Part shown: in pieces, positions 54,664-64,000 of the stretch
How the letters are laid out: the number at the start of each line of letters is the position of its first letter
Numbering within the stretch: position 1 is the first letter of the stretch
DNA from: Savitreella phatthalungensis
Taxonomy: Eukaryota
DNA: 64,000 nt
Assembly (NCBI GenBank): GCA_051599415.1
Contig: AP039699.1
Coordinates: forward strand, 372,001-436,000
Reading direction: 5' to 3'
Translations under genes and position numbers: made by a program
The notes under the pieces: model-generated
The model's database searches: none
Told to the model about the DNA's origin: nothing
What the model saw: the letters and a program-made list of their open reading frames with translations, nothing else

Positions 54664-56868
54664 CTATCGTCTAGATTGTTGTCGTTGCTTTTTACGGGAA
54701 CCACGATGGTTCTCGCGTTGGCGGCGTATTTGGCTGAAGAATTGATCTCGAGAGATGAAAGGCTTGTCGCGTTTTGCCGCACTCTTTGAAGCCTTCATGC
54801 TTTCCAGGGTGGCCTCGATGCGCTGCTCGCACAACTGTTTGAGCTGGTAGGCTTCTGCGATGGCTGAGAAGGTGCCTGGGAAACGATTCGACAACCACAT
54901 GTACGTGACTGTCTGAGCGTGGAGCGTTTCGAGCTTTGCCAGTCGCTCAGACGTCCGCGCGCCGAAATCGAGGTCCTCCTGGTCAAGCAATTCGACGTCT
55001 ATCGCGTCAATGTCAAGAATCTGTGCCGGGCTACCGTCTGCAAGGTGACGAGCGAGTTCGAGGAAGGATGCGACTTGAGCCTCATCCCGTCCACGCAGAG
55101 GAGCATCGATGCAGGTCCACCGCTCACGGAACGATAGATTCCGAATGTCGTGTAGCAAATCCATCGTGCTGATCAACGCAGGCGATCGCATGTCGCGCAC
55201 AAGATACATGTCGTTTCGCGTCCGGGACAGTGCTTGCAGATGACGAACGCCGGTCGAGAGACGTGCGGCCAGCGGTAAGCTGCTGATGAAGCGCTCAACG
55301 ATCTCGACCGGCGGCTTGAGCATCGCATATTGCAGCTGTTGGGTGGGTTCTGCTAGCGCTGCTTTCAAGACATCGAGATCCGCCGGTCGCAGCGTCGTCA
55401 CGTAGCCAGGCACATCCTTCGGAGGATCAATCTCGTCCTCCTTTGGTCGTGCTTTGAAACGTCCGGCACGACCAGCAATCTGCTTGATCTGTGGCGTAGG
55501 TAAGCGGACGTTTTCCTTCCCATTCCACTTCTCCATTGTCTCGAAAACTACTCGCTTGATGCTCAGGTTGAGTCCCATGCCGATCGCGTCACTCGCCACC
55601 ATGACACTGTAGTCACTCGTCGGATCGTTGAACAACCGAGCTTGCGCAGCCCGAGTCTCAGGTGGAAGACCGCCGTAGACAACTGCACACTTTCGACCTG
55701 TCACCTGTTCGATATTGCGCTTGACGTCGAAAATATTTGCACGGCTGAAGGTCACAATCGCATCGCCTTCTTCTACTTCACGGAACGAGCTTTCGAGAGA
55801 CTTCTCCATTGCTTGCAGCTCTCCCAAGCGCTTGTATCGTCGCACCTCGACATCTTCACCGATCGTGGCAGCGATCCGCTGTACCAGAGCAACCGCAGAT
55901 TCTTCGCCACACATGTGTATCTCACGCGCAGGACAGCCGAGCAATGCTTGTGTCCAGGCAGATCCGCGATCCGGGTCAGCGATCATCTGAATCTCATCGA
56001 TGACGAGCACATCAATCTCGTTTGCCAAGTTGAGCATTTCGATTGTCGAGCTTGTGAGGAAAACCTCGTCGTCGACACGGCGTTCTTCACCCGTGGTCAA
56101 ATTACATTTGACTCCTTCTGCATTGAAGCGTTCATAGATCTCAAAGGCGAGAAGTCTGAGGGGACCTGCAAAACAGCCTGATCCGGCTTGCTTGAGTCTC
56201 TGGAGGGCATTGTACGTCTTTCCTGAATTTGTCGGGCCGACGTGCATGATGAGCTTTCGTCGAAGCTGCCTAGCTTGGGGGTACCATTCTTCTGGCCGAG
56301 TCATATCGGAAAGCTTGAGCTGTTCAGCCAGTTGGTCCTCCGTGAGTACCTGCTTAGCATACCAAAGACCAGCTCGTTCGAGCAGAATGTCATCGAGTGC
56401 TGGTTTGTTGCCTTGCTTGATAGCTGTGCGAAGACGTTCAAATGGATATCCCAGATCAAAGGGATCCGAATCGCTATTGTTTTCTGACTGGAGAGCGCGA
56501 TCAGCCTCGGCACAGTAGCTCTCTGCCAATCCCAGCTTGTCGTCTGCACCATATTCTGAAGCCAGTTCCTGAAGCTGACAACCCGGGAGTGTGTTGAGAA
56601 CGCGCAAACGTGCATTGACGACCTGCCTGAGCCTATCATGAGTCAAGGGACCGCGATACAGTGGCTGACTTTCGATGGAGGGAGCATTCGATCTGAACGA
56701 ACGCGTAAGTGTAGGAGTCTGTACGAGACGGCGGAACCATGAGTGAGGTGGACACGTTTGTGGAGAGACTTGCAGGCTGAGGTTATGTAAGTGTCTTGTC
56801 ACATGTATTCGTAAGGCTGGTGGCCTTCTACGCAGGAGATGGCCATGACTTGCCGACCTCCTGATCAT
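54664..56868 (-). CDS. SUV3: Mitochondrial RNA helicase Suv3
   Basis: PEEWYPQAR, HVGPTNSGKTY, GPLRLLA, VIDEIQM, VYGGLPPETR, ASDAIGMGLNL, KQIAGRAGRF. Confidence 0.95.
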   Translation of the reverse strand: MIRRSASHGHLLRRRPPALRIHVTRHLHNLSLQVSPQTCPPHSWFRRLVQTPTLTRSFRSNAPSIESQPLYRGPLTHDRLRQVVNARLRVLNTLPGCQLQELASEYGADDKLGLAESYCAEADRALQSENNSDSDPFDLGYPFERLRTAIKQGNKPALDDILLERAGLWYAKQVLTEDQLAEQLKLSDMTRPEEWYPQARQLRRKLIMHVGPTNSGKTYNALQRLKQAGSGCFAGPLRLLAFEIYERFNAEGVKCNLTTGEERRVDDEVFLTSSTIEMLNLANEIDVLVIDEIQMIADPDRGSAWTQALLGCPAREIHMCGEESAVALVQRIAATIGEDVEVRRYKRLGELQAMEKSLESSFREVEEGDAIVTFSRANIFDVKRNIEQVTGRKCAVVYGGLPPETRAAQARLFNDPTSDYSVMVASDAIGMGLNLSIKRVVFETMEKWNGKENVRLPTPQIKQIAGRAGRFKARPKEDEIDPPKDVPGYVTTLRPADLDVLKAALAEPTQQLQYAMLKPPVEIVERFISSLPLAARLSTGVRHLQALSRTRNDMYLVRDMRSPALISTMDLLHDIRNLSFRERWTCIDAPLRGRDEAQVASFLELARHLADGSPAQILDIDAIDVELLDQEDLDFGARTSERLAKLETLHAQTVTYMWLSNRFPGTFSAIAEAYQLKQLCEQRIEATLESMKASKSAAKRDKPFISRDQFFSQIRRQRENHRGSRKKQRQQSRR

Positions 56869-57846
56869 GCGACTAGCGCTCTGTAACAGGGCAAATCAGA
56901 TCAGATCGAGCAGATCAGTTTGAAGCTGTCGAAAACTTCTTCCCGGACTATTGCTGGACCATGTACTGCTTCTCAGCTACAGTATTATGTTATCTCTGGA
57001 CGAGTCCTTCTCAGGATCGTATATGAGCGTATGCTGTATAGAGTATGTATCAATATAGTGTGCGTACTGTACTGGATGTCTATGACGTTCGTACCTGTAC
57101 GGTGGAAGGTCTCTGCTCAGCGGTTTGTGCATTCGATCGTCCATTGATCCATTAATTATGATAATATCATCATGCATCATATATAGATAGATAGATACGT
57201 ACACGTCCAGCACATATGCATATACGATATATTATTCATATTTACGTATACGTCTATACTGTACGTACGTAGCTACGTCCACGCATATGAAATCATCAAC
57301 TTTATTGAGTATGTACTGCAGTACTGTACGTACAGTCCTTTGACTGGTCTAAGCTTGATTTCTTCCTCCCATAAATATGCTGCATATGTGTGTTCATGTT
57401 TCAAATTTGGATCAATACGTACGTACCTGTATTCAATTGGCCACGATTGAGCTGATTGATTGCACGTGACGATCAAACCTCTTCTTTACCAAATATCCGC
57501 GGGGGAACGATTGCAATCGATCCTCATGCAATCAATCAATCGATCGATCGTTCAATCACAGTTGGAGACTACCTACGTAGGACATTGCTCGCTCAAGCTC
57601 CATATCAACATCATAGACATCCTCAACAACCTGCCACAACGATTAAGCTAGTCTTCCATACTCAGCGTTATCACGTGTCACGTACCGGATTTCAGCTGCC
57701 GTACCAAGTCCTGTTTGGACACAAGCCTCAGCCGGTCAGTCCTACTTCAAGTCCCCGGATCCCACGTGCCCCGCATTCGGATCATGCACACTCACTGAGC
57801 TTGACCTATTGAGTAAAAGCTTCCAGTTCTTAGGACTCAGCCAGCC

Positions 57847-60048
57847 ATGGCTATATCACTGATCGAGAGATTGCGACAGACCGTCCTCGATGAGCTGCGC
57901 GCTGTGCAACCAACCAATAAGTGGAAAGTGCTTGTGCTCGACAGGCACTCACGCAAGTTCCTCACAGACTTGTTAGACCTCGACAAACTCTACGATGAAA
58001 ACGTCACAGATGTCCAGATGATCGAGGACGTACGAGAGCCGAATGACACGTTCGAGTCTGTCTACTTACTCATGGCACGACCTCAGACGATCAAGTGCTT
58101 GATACACGACTTGCGCAGCCCAATCAGGCTCAATAAGACATCCCACATCTTCTTCCTCAACGGTCTCGACCAGATGATGTTTGAAGCCGTTCAGACATTC
58201 AGAGAACGAATCACGGCCTGCAGAGAGCTGTTCATCGATTTCGAGCCGCGAGAATCGCAGGTCTTCACCACATCGACGCTTGATGCACCATACATCCTCT
58301 ACAATCAACGCTGCGGCGATCTTGTGCAAAATCTCATCTCCGAGACTGCCCAGCGGATCGTTTGTGTATGCGCGACCCTCGGGGAGTATCCCATCGTCCG
58401 GTATTACAGGCCGCGCGACTGCCAGCATCCGGCGCGTGTCCTTGCCGAAAAATTGGCAAAGCAGGTGCAGCACGAGCTGGATGAATATGCTCGAGGGAAC
58501 GAGGATTTTCCTCCGCAGTCCTCTCGACCACAGGGAGTCCTCCTCATCACAGACCGTTGCGTCGATCTGCAGGCACCACTACTACATGAGTTTACCTATC
58601 AGGCCATGGTTAATGACTTGCTTCCCATACGCGACGGCAAATTTTACGAGTTTGCCATCACCAACAGTAAAGGTGCCGAAACTATGAAAGAGACAATTTC
58701 AGAGGCGGACAACGTTTGGACGAGCGTCAGGCATATGCACATGTCTATTGCTATCGACAAGCTCGTACAAGACTTCAATCGATTCACTGCAGACAATGCG
58801 GCTTTCGCCGACGACGGAAAAGGTGCGACCACAAACCTAAACACGATTCGCAATATGCTGGCGGGGATGGACAGCTATGCTTCTGGTAAGGACAAGTATT
58901 CGCTGTATATCACCATGGCACAAGAGTGTATGCAATTGTTCGAGTCTAGACAGATGCCACTTACTGGCATCATCGAGCAGAACTGTGCAACTGGCAGGAC
59001 GGCAGAGGGTAAAAATGTGCGCGGTCTGCTTGAAGCTATGCTGCCACTACTTGATGATCAGAACATTAGTGGCGAAGATCGGGCCCGAATGCTCCTGACA
59101 TATGTAATTTACAAGTGGGGTTTATTTCCCGACGATCGCCGCAAACTGTCTACTCATGCGCAACTGCCTTCCAAATTCAGGGCAGCTTTGGACAATCTGG
59201 ACCTGGTCGGTGTACCTCCGTCACGGGATCCGCGAGGCCGAGCTAGCCGGAAGGCCGCACAGGCCGCACAATTTCAGCAACAGGCGGGATCAAGACGATC
59301 TTCTGTCGACGAGCAGGAAGCGGCTTTCGAGTTGTCACGATATGAGCCAGCGATCAAGACAGCCGTGAGAGAGCTGGTCCGTGGCGGTTTATCGAACGAG
59401 CTGTGGCCCTATGTCAAAGATGGTCCGAACTCTCCTACTGCTCAGCTAAATGGCTCGGCGTCTATGCTAGCGAGCCATTCAGCCGCGGGAGCTCGACCAG
59501 GCGCTATTGGTCTGGCGTCTCATTCCGGCTCTCTGCGAACAAATCGACCTGCATGGGCAAAAGGCCGTTCGATGACAGAAACACCCAAGCAGCGCATCAT
59601 TGTATTCGTTGCAGGCGGCGCGACCTATTCTGAGGTGCGGTCTGTCTATGAGCTGTCACGCGAGACAAATCGTGATGTTTACCTTGGCGCCACGAATGTT
59701 GTCACTCCTGGGGAATGGCTTGGAGTCCTCTCAGGCTTGCGAGACCAGAGAGAAGAACTGCAGCTTGAGGTCGACCAACCGGCGCAGCGTGTGCCGCTCT
59801 TGGAAAGCAGACCGCAAGCTCAGCCACGAACGGCCTCGCGAGAACAGACGCCACAGAGCAAATCACAACTACGAAGCGCTTCTGGCCACGTCGTCGCCCA
59901 AGCTCAGCAATCACCTGCTCGGATAGCATCCGGAAGCTCGACTACGATGCAACAATCGCCTCAGCAGCAGTCTGCAGCCCCACAGGCATCCGATAAGGAT
60001 GGCAAAGGCAAGAAGAAGGTCTTCGGCGGCTTGTTCAAGAAAAAGTAA
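57847..60048 (+). CDS. SEC1: Sec1/Munc18 family exocytic SM protein
   Basis: KWKVLVLD, VCATLGEYPIVRY, APLLHEFTYQAMVNDL, ELSRYEP, RIIVFVAGGATYSE. Confidence 0.93.
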   Translation: MAISLIERLRQTVLDELRAVQPTNKWKVLVLDRHSRKFLTDLLDLDKLYDENVTDVQMIEDVREPNDTFESVYLLMARPQTIKCLIHDLRSPIRLNKTSHIFFLNGLDQMMFEAVQTFRERITACRELFIDFEPRESQVFTTSTLDAPYILYNQRCGDLVQNLISETAQRIVCVCATLGEYPIVRYYRPRDCQHPARVLAEKLAKQVQHELDEYARGNEDFPPQSSRPQGVLLITDRCVDLQAPLLHEFTYQAMVNDLLPIRDGKFYEFAITNSKGAETMKETISEADNVWTSVRHMHMSIAIDKLVQDFNRFTADNAAFADDGKGATTNLNTIRNMLAGMDSYASGKDKYSLYITMAQECMQLFESRQMPLTGIIEQNCATGRTAEGKNVRGLLEAMLPLLDDQNISGEDRARMLLTYVIYKWGLFPDDRRKLSTHAQLPSKFRAALDNLDLVGVPPSRDPRGRASRKAAQAAQFQQQAGSRRSSVDEQEAAFELSRYEPAIKTAVRELVRGGLSNELWPYVKDGPNSPTAQLNGSASMLASHSAAGARPGAIGLASHSGSLRTNRPAWAKGRSMTETPKQRIIVFVAGGATYSEVRSVYELSRETNRDVYLGATNVVTPGEWLGVLSGLRDQREELQLEVDQPAQRVPLLESRPQAQPRTASREQTPQSKSQLRSASGHVVAQAQQSPARIASGSSTTMQQSPQQQSAAPQASDKDGKGKKKVFGGLFKKK

Positions 60049-60465
60049 TGGAAGGTTTGGTTAGCTGCATGTACGACTTTACGATGTGATGAGCACCCTT
60101 GAAATAGATTCCAGCCTGAGCAGGATGCATTCATGTCTTCGACGGCTTTCATGTGTTTCCCGCAGAATTCACCCACATGTGAAGCGCGCATGATTTAAAT
60201 CTGGCTTGGATTTTCTATAGGCAGATTGCAAGCATGATTATTAACTTAATTCTCACATCGATGACACAATGCACGACACCTGCAAACTCCAACGTTTCCG
60301 ATAGTTAGGAGCTATATCCTGTAGCAGATCCTGTCGGTCTTCATTCGATTGTACCGCGGGATAGATCACGACCATTGCGGCGGAATCTTGGTCGGCGGTG
60401 CGCGACACATACACCATTGTTGAGCATCGCAGATCTTCTTTGGGCACACTATCGAGCACCCCGAT

Positions 60466-63400
60466 ATGTCAGACGACGATTTCTGTCGTGTCTGTCGGAG
60501 TGAGGGAACGACGGAGGAGCCGCTATTCCATCCGTGTAAGTGCAGCGGATCGATTCGCTATGTTCACGAGGCATGTTTGAAGGAGTGGCTCCAACATTCG
60601 CAGAAACAGCACTGCGAACTATGCAAGACGCCATTCCGCTTCACAAAGCTTTATGACCCACAAATGCCGTCGCGGATACCTTTCGTGCAGCTGGTGCGCA
60701 ACATGTCTGTCGACGTGGCAAGCGCCAGTGTCGTGCTCGTGCGCTGGCTGCTGTGCGCTTGGGTCTGGCTACTATGGCTGCCGTACTGCACGCGGCATAT
60801 TTGGCGCACCTGGCTCACAGTTGGTGACGCCATCGTGAACCCGAAGTTGTTTCCAAATAGCACAAGTCTCATACAGGAGAGTCTCAAAGTCGCGGCATCT
60901 CACTCGGCGCTCGCCGTACTCGATGATGCTAGTGCTATCAACGGCACCCTCGCAAATGACAGCTTCGTGCCATTCAACGTTGACAAGTGGACGAGATATC
61001 CCGTGCTCAACAGGCTCATCACCGACATTCTTGAAGGCCAGATCATCACTTCTTCGATCATTGCTGTCTTCGTCGTCGCTTTCCTAATTCGCGAATGGCT
61101 AGTGGTCAACAATGCGAATCTAATGGCTGAGCAAGCAGGGCTCGGGGATGGAAACGGCCAGGTGGCTGTAGCCGTCCCGCCCGTCGATCCATTCGTCTTT
61201 GGCGAGGATGTCATGCTACAGGGACTCGCAGTTGGCCCACTGGATGCGCGCGCCAGGGTATTCGAGCAGGAGCGAGTCCGGCGAATCGGCGATCTTTTCG
61301 TCGAGCGCGGAAGATTAGCATTCCGGGAAAGCGTGCCGTCGCCATTGATCGACCCAGGCGTCTTCCGTGGCAATTCGTCGATCTACTCTCATTCTCCCGA
61401 GTTGGACCATCAGCACATCGCAGCTGAACACCAGCTCCACGCGGAAGTTACAGCGGCCGCAGACTCGTGGCAGCCGCCTCCCGTAGCTCAACAACTGACG
61501 ACAGCTGAGGTGCGAGCACTGCGCAGACAGGCTGCGCTTTCTGCTGCAACACGTCGGCGAGAAGTACCAGAGCGGTCGAATCGCCCGGTCAATCGTACCG
61601 AGACTGCAACAAATGGCATGCACACACCCGATCGAGCGGTGAGTTCTGCATACGTCCCGCCTTCCGGACCCCGAACACGATTTCGCGCAGCCCGTGAGCG
61701 AAGTGCAGAACGACGCGCCTGGGAGAATCGCCAGGAAGAACTCGGTGACCGGTACCCGGACTCACCCATGCCACTGCCGCGGCAGGACATTCCTGAACCT
61801 GACCGTATAGAGCTCAGTGAGACGTACCGCGGTCGATCTCCGAGCCCGATGCCGACGTCATCCATCTCGAATCCATATCTCCGTCGCGAGGTCGAGATTG
61901 CTGCAACCAGTAGTTCTGCCAGCGGCTTCCGGCGCGATGCTGCTACGCCTGAGCCGACGCTTGCATCAGCGTCGCAACTCAACTTCGCTGAACGAATGAA
62001 CGCTTACTGGGCGGCGAACACACTAGCGCAGAGACGAGACATGATCCTCCTCGCACTCGACTGGTCTTGCGGTCTGATTGAGCAAAAAATCGACGACTTA
62101 TCTGGCGAGTTGGACGAGAATGACAGCGATATCCAGGAATACCTACGACGACTAGAAGTCTTTGCGCGGCTCGCTTCGCGTGCAGGTATCACAGAGGAAG
62201 AGCTCGATTTTGAGAGAATCGCGCGAGCGCACAGCCTTTTGCCTGCCGCTCGAGCTGTCGTTGTTGATGCCCAGGCGCAAATTCGATTGCATTTTGCTCA
62301 GCACGCTTTGCCCGCCGCTAATGACCCGGCTCCTTTGCAGATTGATGCCCGTGAAGCAGAAGGTGATGGTATGGCGATGCAGAACAACAACCCAGAAGAT
62401 GACATCGAGGGTTTACTGGAACTCATTGGTGTCAGGGGCCCGTTGGTCGCGCTATTTCAGAATTCGATGCTCGTCATCGTCTTGGTACTCGGCTTTGTCT
62501 TCTTCGGCGTCTGTCTTCCCTACGTGCTCGGCAGCGTCTCAATCAGGCTGCTCAGCGAGCCGTACACTAACATGGTCGCAAGACCTGCGTACATTATGGG
62601 ACTATTCATGACAGAGTTCTTACGAGCGACACATCTCATGACGAAACCAATCATCGAACATTCTCGGTTGATCAAGTACGGACGGCTGTTGTTCGAGCGA
62701 ATTGCAGCATCGGACGTTCTGAACGAAGCATTGATCAGCGCCGACGTCCTTATGCGGCGCGCTCGGGATCAGGTACTCCGGCGTATGGTTATCAAGGGTC
62801 CCGATGCCGACGAAATCTACCGCACTCTCACCAACATCCTTGCTGAAATACCGCCTCGTGTTTTGGCCGTATCCAGCGGCTACGTGACAGCATCGCTTCT
62901 CGGAGCACTCTACGTGCGGGCCAATATACGTTTACTGCCTGGCCATCTGGATGAGATTGTCCGGGCAATTGTTCGTCAGGCTGGCTACGTTCTGAAATTC
63001 GTCACCATACTGGGAATAGAGCTATGCGTCTTCCCATGCTACTGCGGTGCCCTCCTCGACCTGGTGCTGCTGCCCTTATTCAACGCGTCACCAGTAGATC
63101 GACTCCGATTCGCCCTGAATCACCCTTTCACAAGCCTGTACCTGCATTGGTTCTTCGGCACGAGCTACATGTTCAGCTTCGCCCTGTTTGTCAGCATGTG
63201 TCGTGGTATCGTTCGGCCGGGTCTTCTCTTCTTCATCCGCGATCCTAACGACCCTGCATTCAATCCAATCAAGGACATACTCGAACGTTCTTTGCTCAGC
63301 CAGATGCGCAAGATCGGGATTTCCGTCCTCATCTACGGTGCGCTTCTCGTCTTCGGCTTCGGCAGTGCTGTCTGGGCCGCCGGGCATATTGTCACCGGCT

Positions 63401-64000
63401 TGTCACCACTGAGACTGGGCGTTCTAACGAGCGGCTTCGAAGCGGGAAGCAAGGGCACCGGCGGCTTCAGTGGATCAGGCATTCTTCCAAGCAGCTTCAA
63501 CGGATCAGCTTTTACCGCAGGCGGGCTGGAACAAATTGTGATGCAACTTCTCCTGCCCTTAGCAATGCGACTCATCGACGTCGTTGCGACATACAGGGGT
63601 ATCTGGCGAGCATGGTTCATGTGGTCCGCCGCGTCGCTACGGCTTAGTAGCTTCATCATGGGTGACCGACATGTGGATGAAGAACGTGTCAGTCCCCTGT
63701 TACGGTCGCTCGGGCTCGAGAAGGCATCGGATGATGGCGATTTCAATGGGTCGTTCCGTCGCGTGCCGGCCACAGACACGCTGCCCGTGCGCATCGGCCC
63801 TGGTCAACACATGCTGATCGAGGTTGACGAGCATAACGAGCGACAAGACGGGCAACCCGAAGACGATACCAGAGAAGACGCGGCATACATGGTAGTATAT
63901 GCTCCACCACATTTCCGACTCAGACTGGGCCTGTTCATGCTTGGAATGTGGCTTTTCGCTGGTATCATGGTGCTCTTCCTTACGGTCCTGCCTATCGCCC
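60466..64000 (+). CDS. DOA10: ERAD E3 ligase Doa10/Ssm4 (MARCH6), partial, runs off window
   Basis: MSDDDFCRVCRSEG..PLFHPCKCSGSIRYVHEACL.EWL..CELCK RING-CH; later IELCVFPCYCGALLD, RPGLLFFIRDPNDP.FNPI; absent from ORF track because no stop in window. Confidence 0.95.
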   Translation, partial: MSDDDFCRVCRSEGTTEEPLFHPCKCSGSIRYVHEACLKEWLQHSQKQHCELCKTPFRFTKLYDPQMPSRIPFVQLVRNMSVDVASASVVLVRWLLCAWVWLLWLPYCTRHIWRTWLTVGDAIVNPKLFPNSTSLIQESLKVAASHSALAVLDDASAINGTLANDSFVPFNVDKWTRYPVLNRLITDILEGQIITSSIIAVFVVAFLIREWLVVNNANLMAEQAGLGDGNGQVAVAVPPVDPFVFGEDVMLQGLAVGPLDARARVFEQERVRRIGDLFVERGRLAFRESVPSPLIDPGVFRGNSSIYSHSPELDHQHIAAEHQLHAEVTAAADSWQPPPVAQQLTTAEVRALRRQAALSAATRRREVPERSNRPVNRTETATNGMHTPDRAVSSAYVPPSGPRTRFRAARERSAERRAWENRQEELGDRYPDSPMPLPRQDIPEPDRIELSETYRGRSPSPMPTSSISNPYLRREVEIAATSSSASGFRRDAATPEPTLASASQLNFAERMNAYWAANTLAQRRDMILLALDWSCGLIEQKIDDLSGELDENDSDIQEYLRRLEVFARLASRAGITEEELDFERIARAHSLLPAARAVVVDAQAQIRLHFAQHALPAANDPAPLQIDAREAEGDGMAMQNNNPEDDIEGLLELIGVRGPLVALFQNSMLVIVLVLGFVFFGVCLPYVLGSVSIRLLSEPYTNMVARPAYIMGLFMTEFLRATHLMTKPIIEHSRLIKYGRLLFERIAASDVLNEALISADVLMRRARDQVLRRMVIKGPDADEIYRTLTNILAEIPPRVLAVSSGYVTASLLGALYVRANIRLLPGHLDEIVRAIVRQAGYVLKFVTILGIELCVFPCYCGALLDLVLLPLFNASPVDRLRFALNHPFTSLYLHWFFGTSYMFSFALFVSMCRGIVRPGLLFFIRDPNDPAFNPIKDILERSLLSQMRKIGISVLIYGALLVFGFGSAVWAAGHIVTGLSPLRLGVLTSGFEAGSKGTGGFSGSGILPSSFNGSAFTAGGLEQIVMQLLLPLAMRLIDVVATYRGIWRAWFMWSAASLRLSSFIMGDRHVDEERVSPLLRSLGLEKASDDGDFNGSFRRVPATDTLPVRIGPGQHMLIEVDEHNERQDGQPEDDTREDAAYMVVYAPPHFRLRLGLFMLGMWLFAGIMVLFLTVLPIA

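Overview
Gene-dense, intron-poor fungal (ascomycete) chromosome segment. Short GT-AG introns with CTAAC-type branch sites and the gene style suggest Taphrinomycotina; this is an inference. Most of it is housekeeping genes: CDF metal transporter, TAF3-like, uridine nucleosidase, enoyl-CoA isomerase, CreD-like arrestin, CreC-like WD40, MCM6, Lon protease, cyclic phosphodiesterase, Asp-tRNA ligase, SreA/Fep1 GATA factor, OLA1, BYE1, ICP55, TIM10, PRE9, a Rec114-like gene, VPS27, DOA4, RPL13, MRPS6, LUC7, a BSD protein, DOHH, SUV3, SEC1, a partial DOA10, plus an intron-containing tRNA-Arg(TCT). The standout is a ~5.3 kb island (about 8.3-13.65 kb) between the arrestin and the tRNA/creC. It holds two intact, divergently oriented paralogs of an unrecognised beta-rich protein family and three decayed copies. 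Each intact gene has an adjacent pseudogene rearranged into an inverted repeat (possible hairpin RNA), and the upstream block is duplicated. Other oddities: a peroxisomal-type Lon lacking its N-terminal half, a likely non-AUG mitochondrial presequence on OLA1, and a 1475-bp non-autonomous TIR element in the ICP55/TIM10 bidirectional promoter. All calls are by-eye motif recognition; no searches were run.
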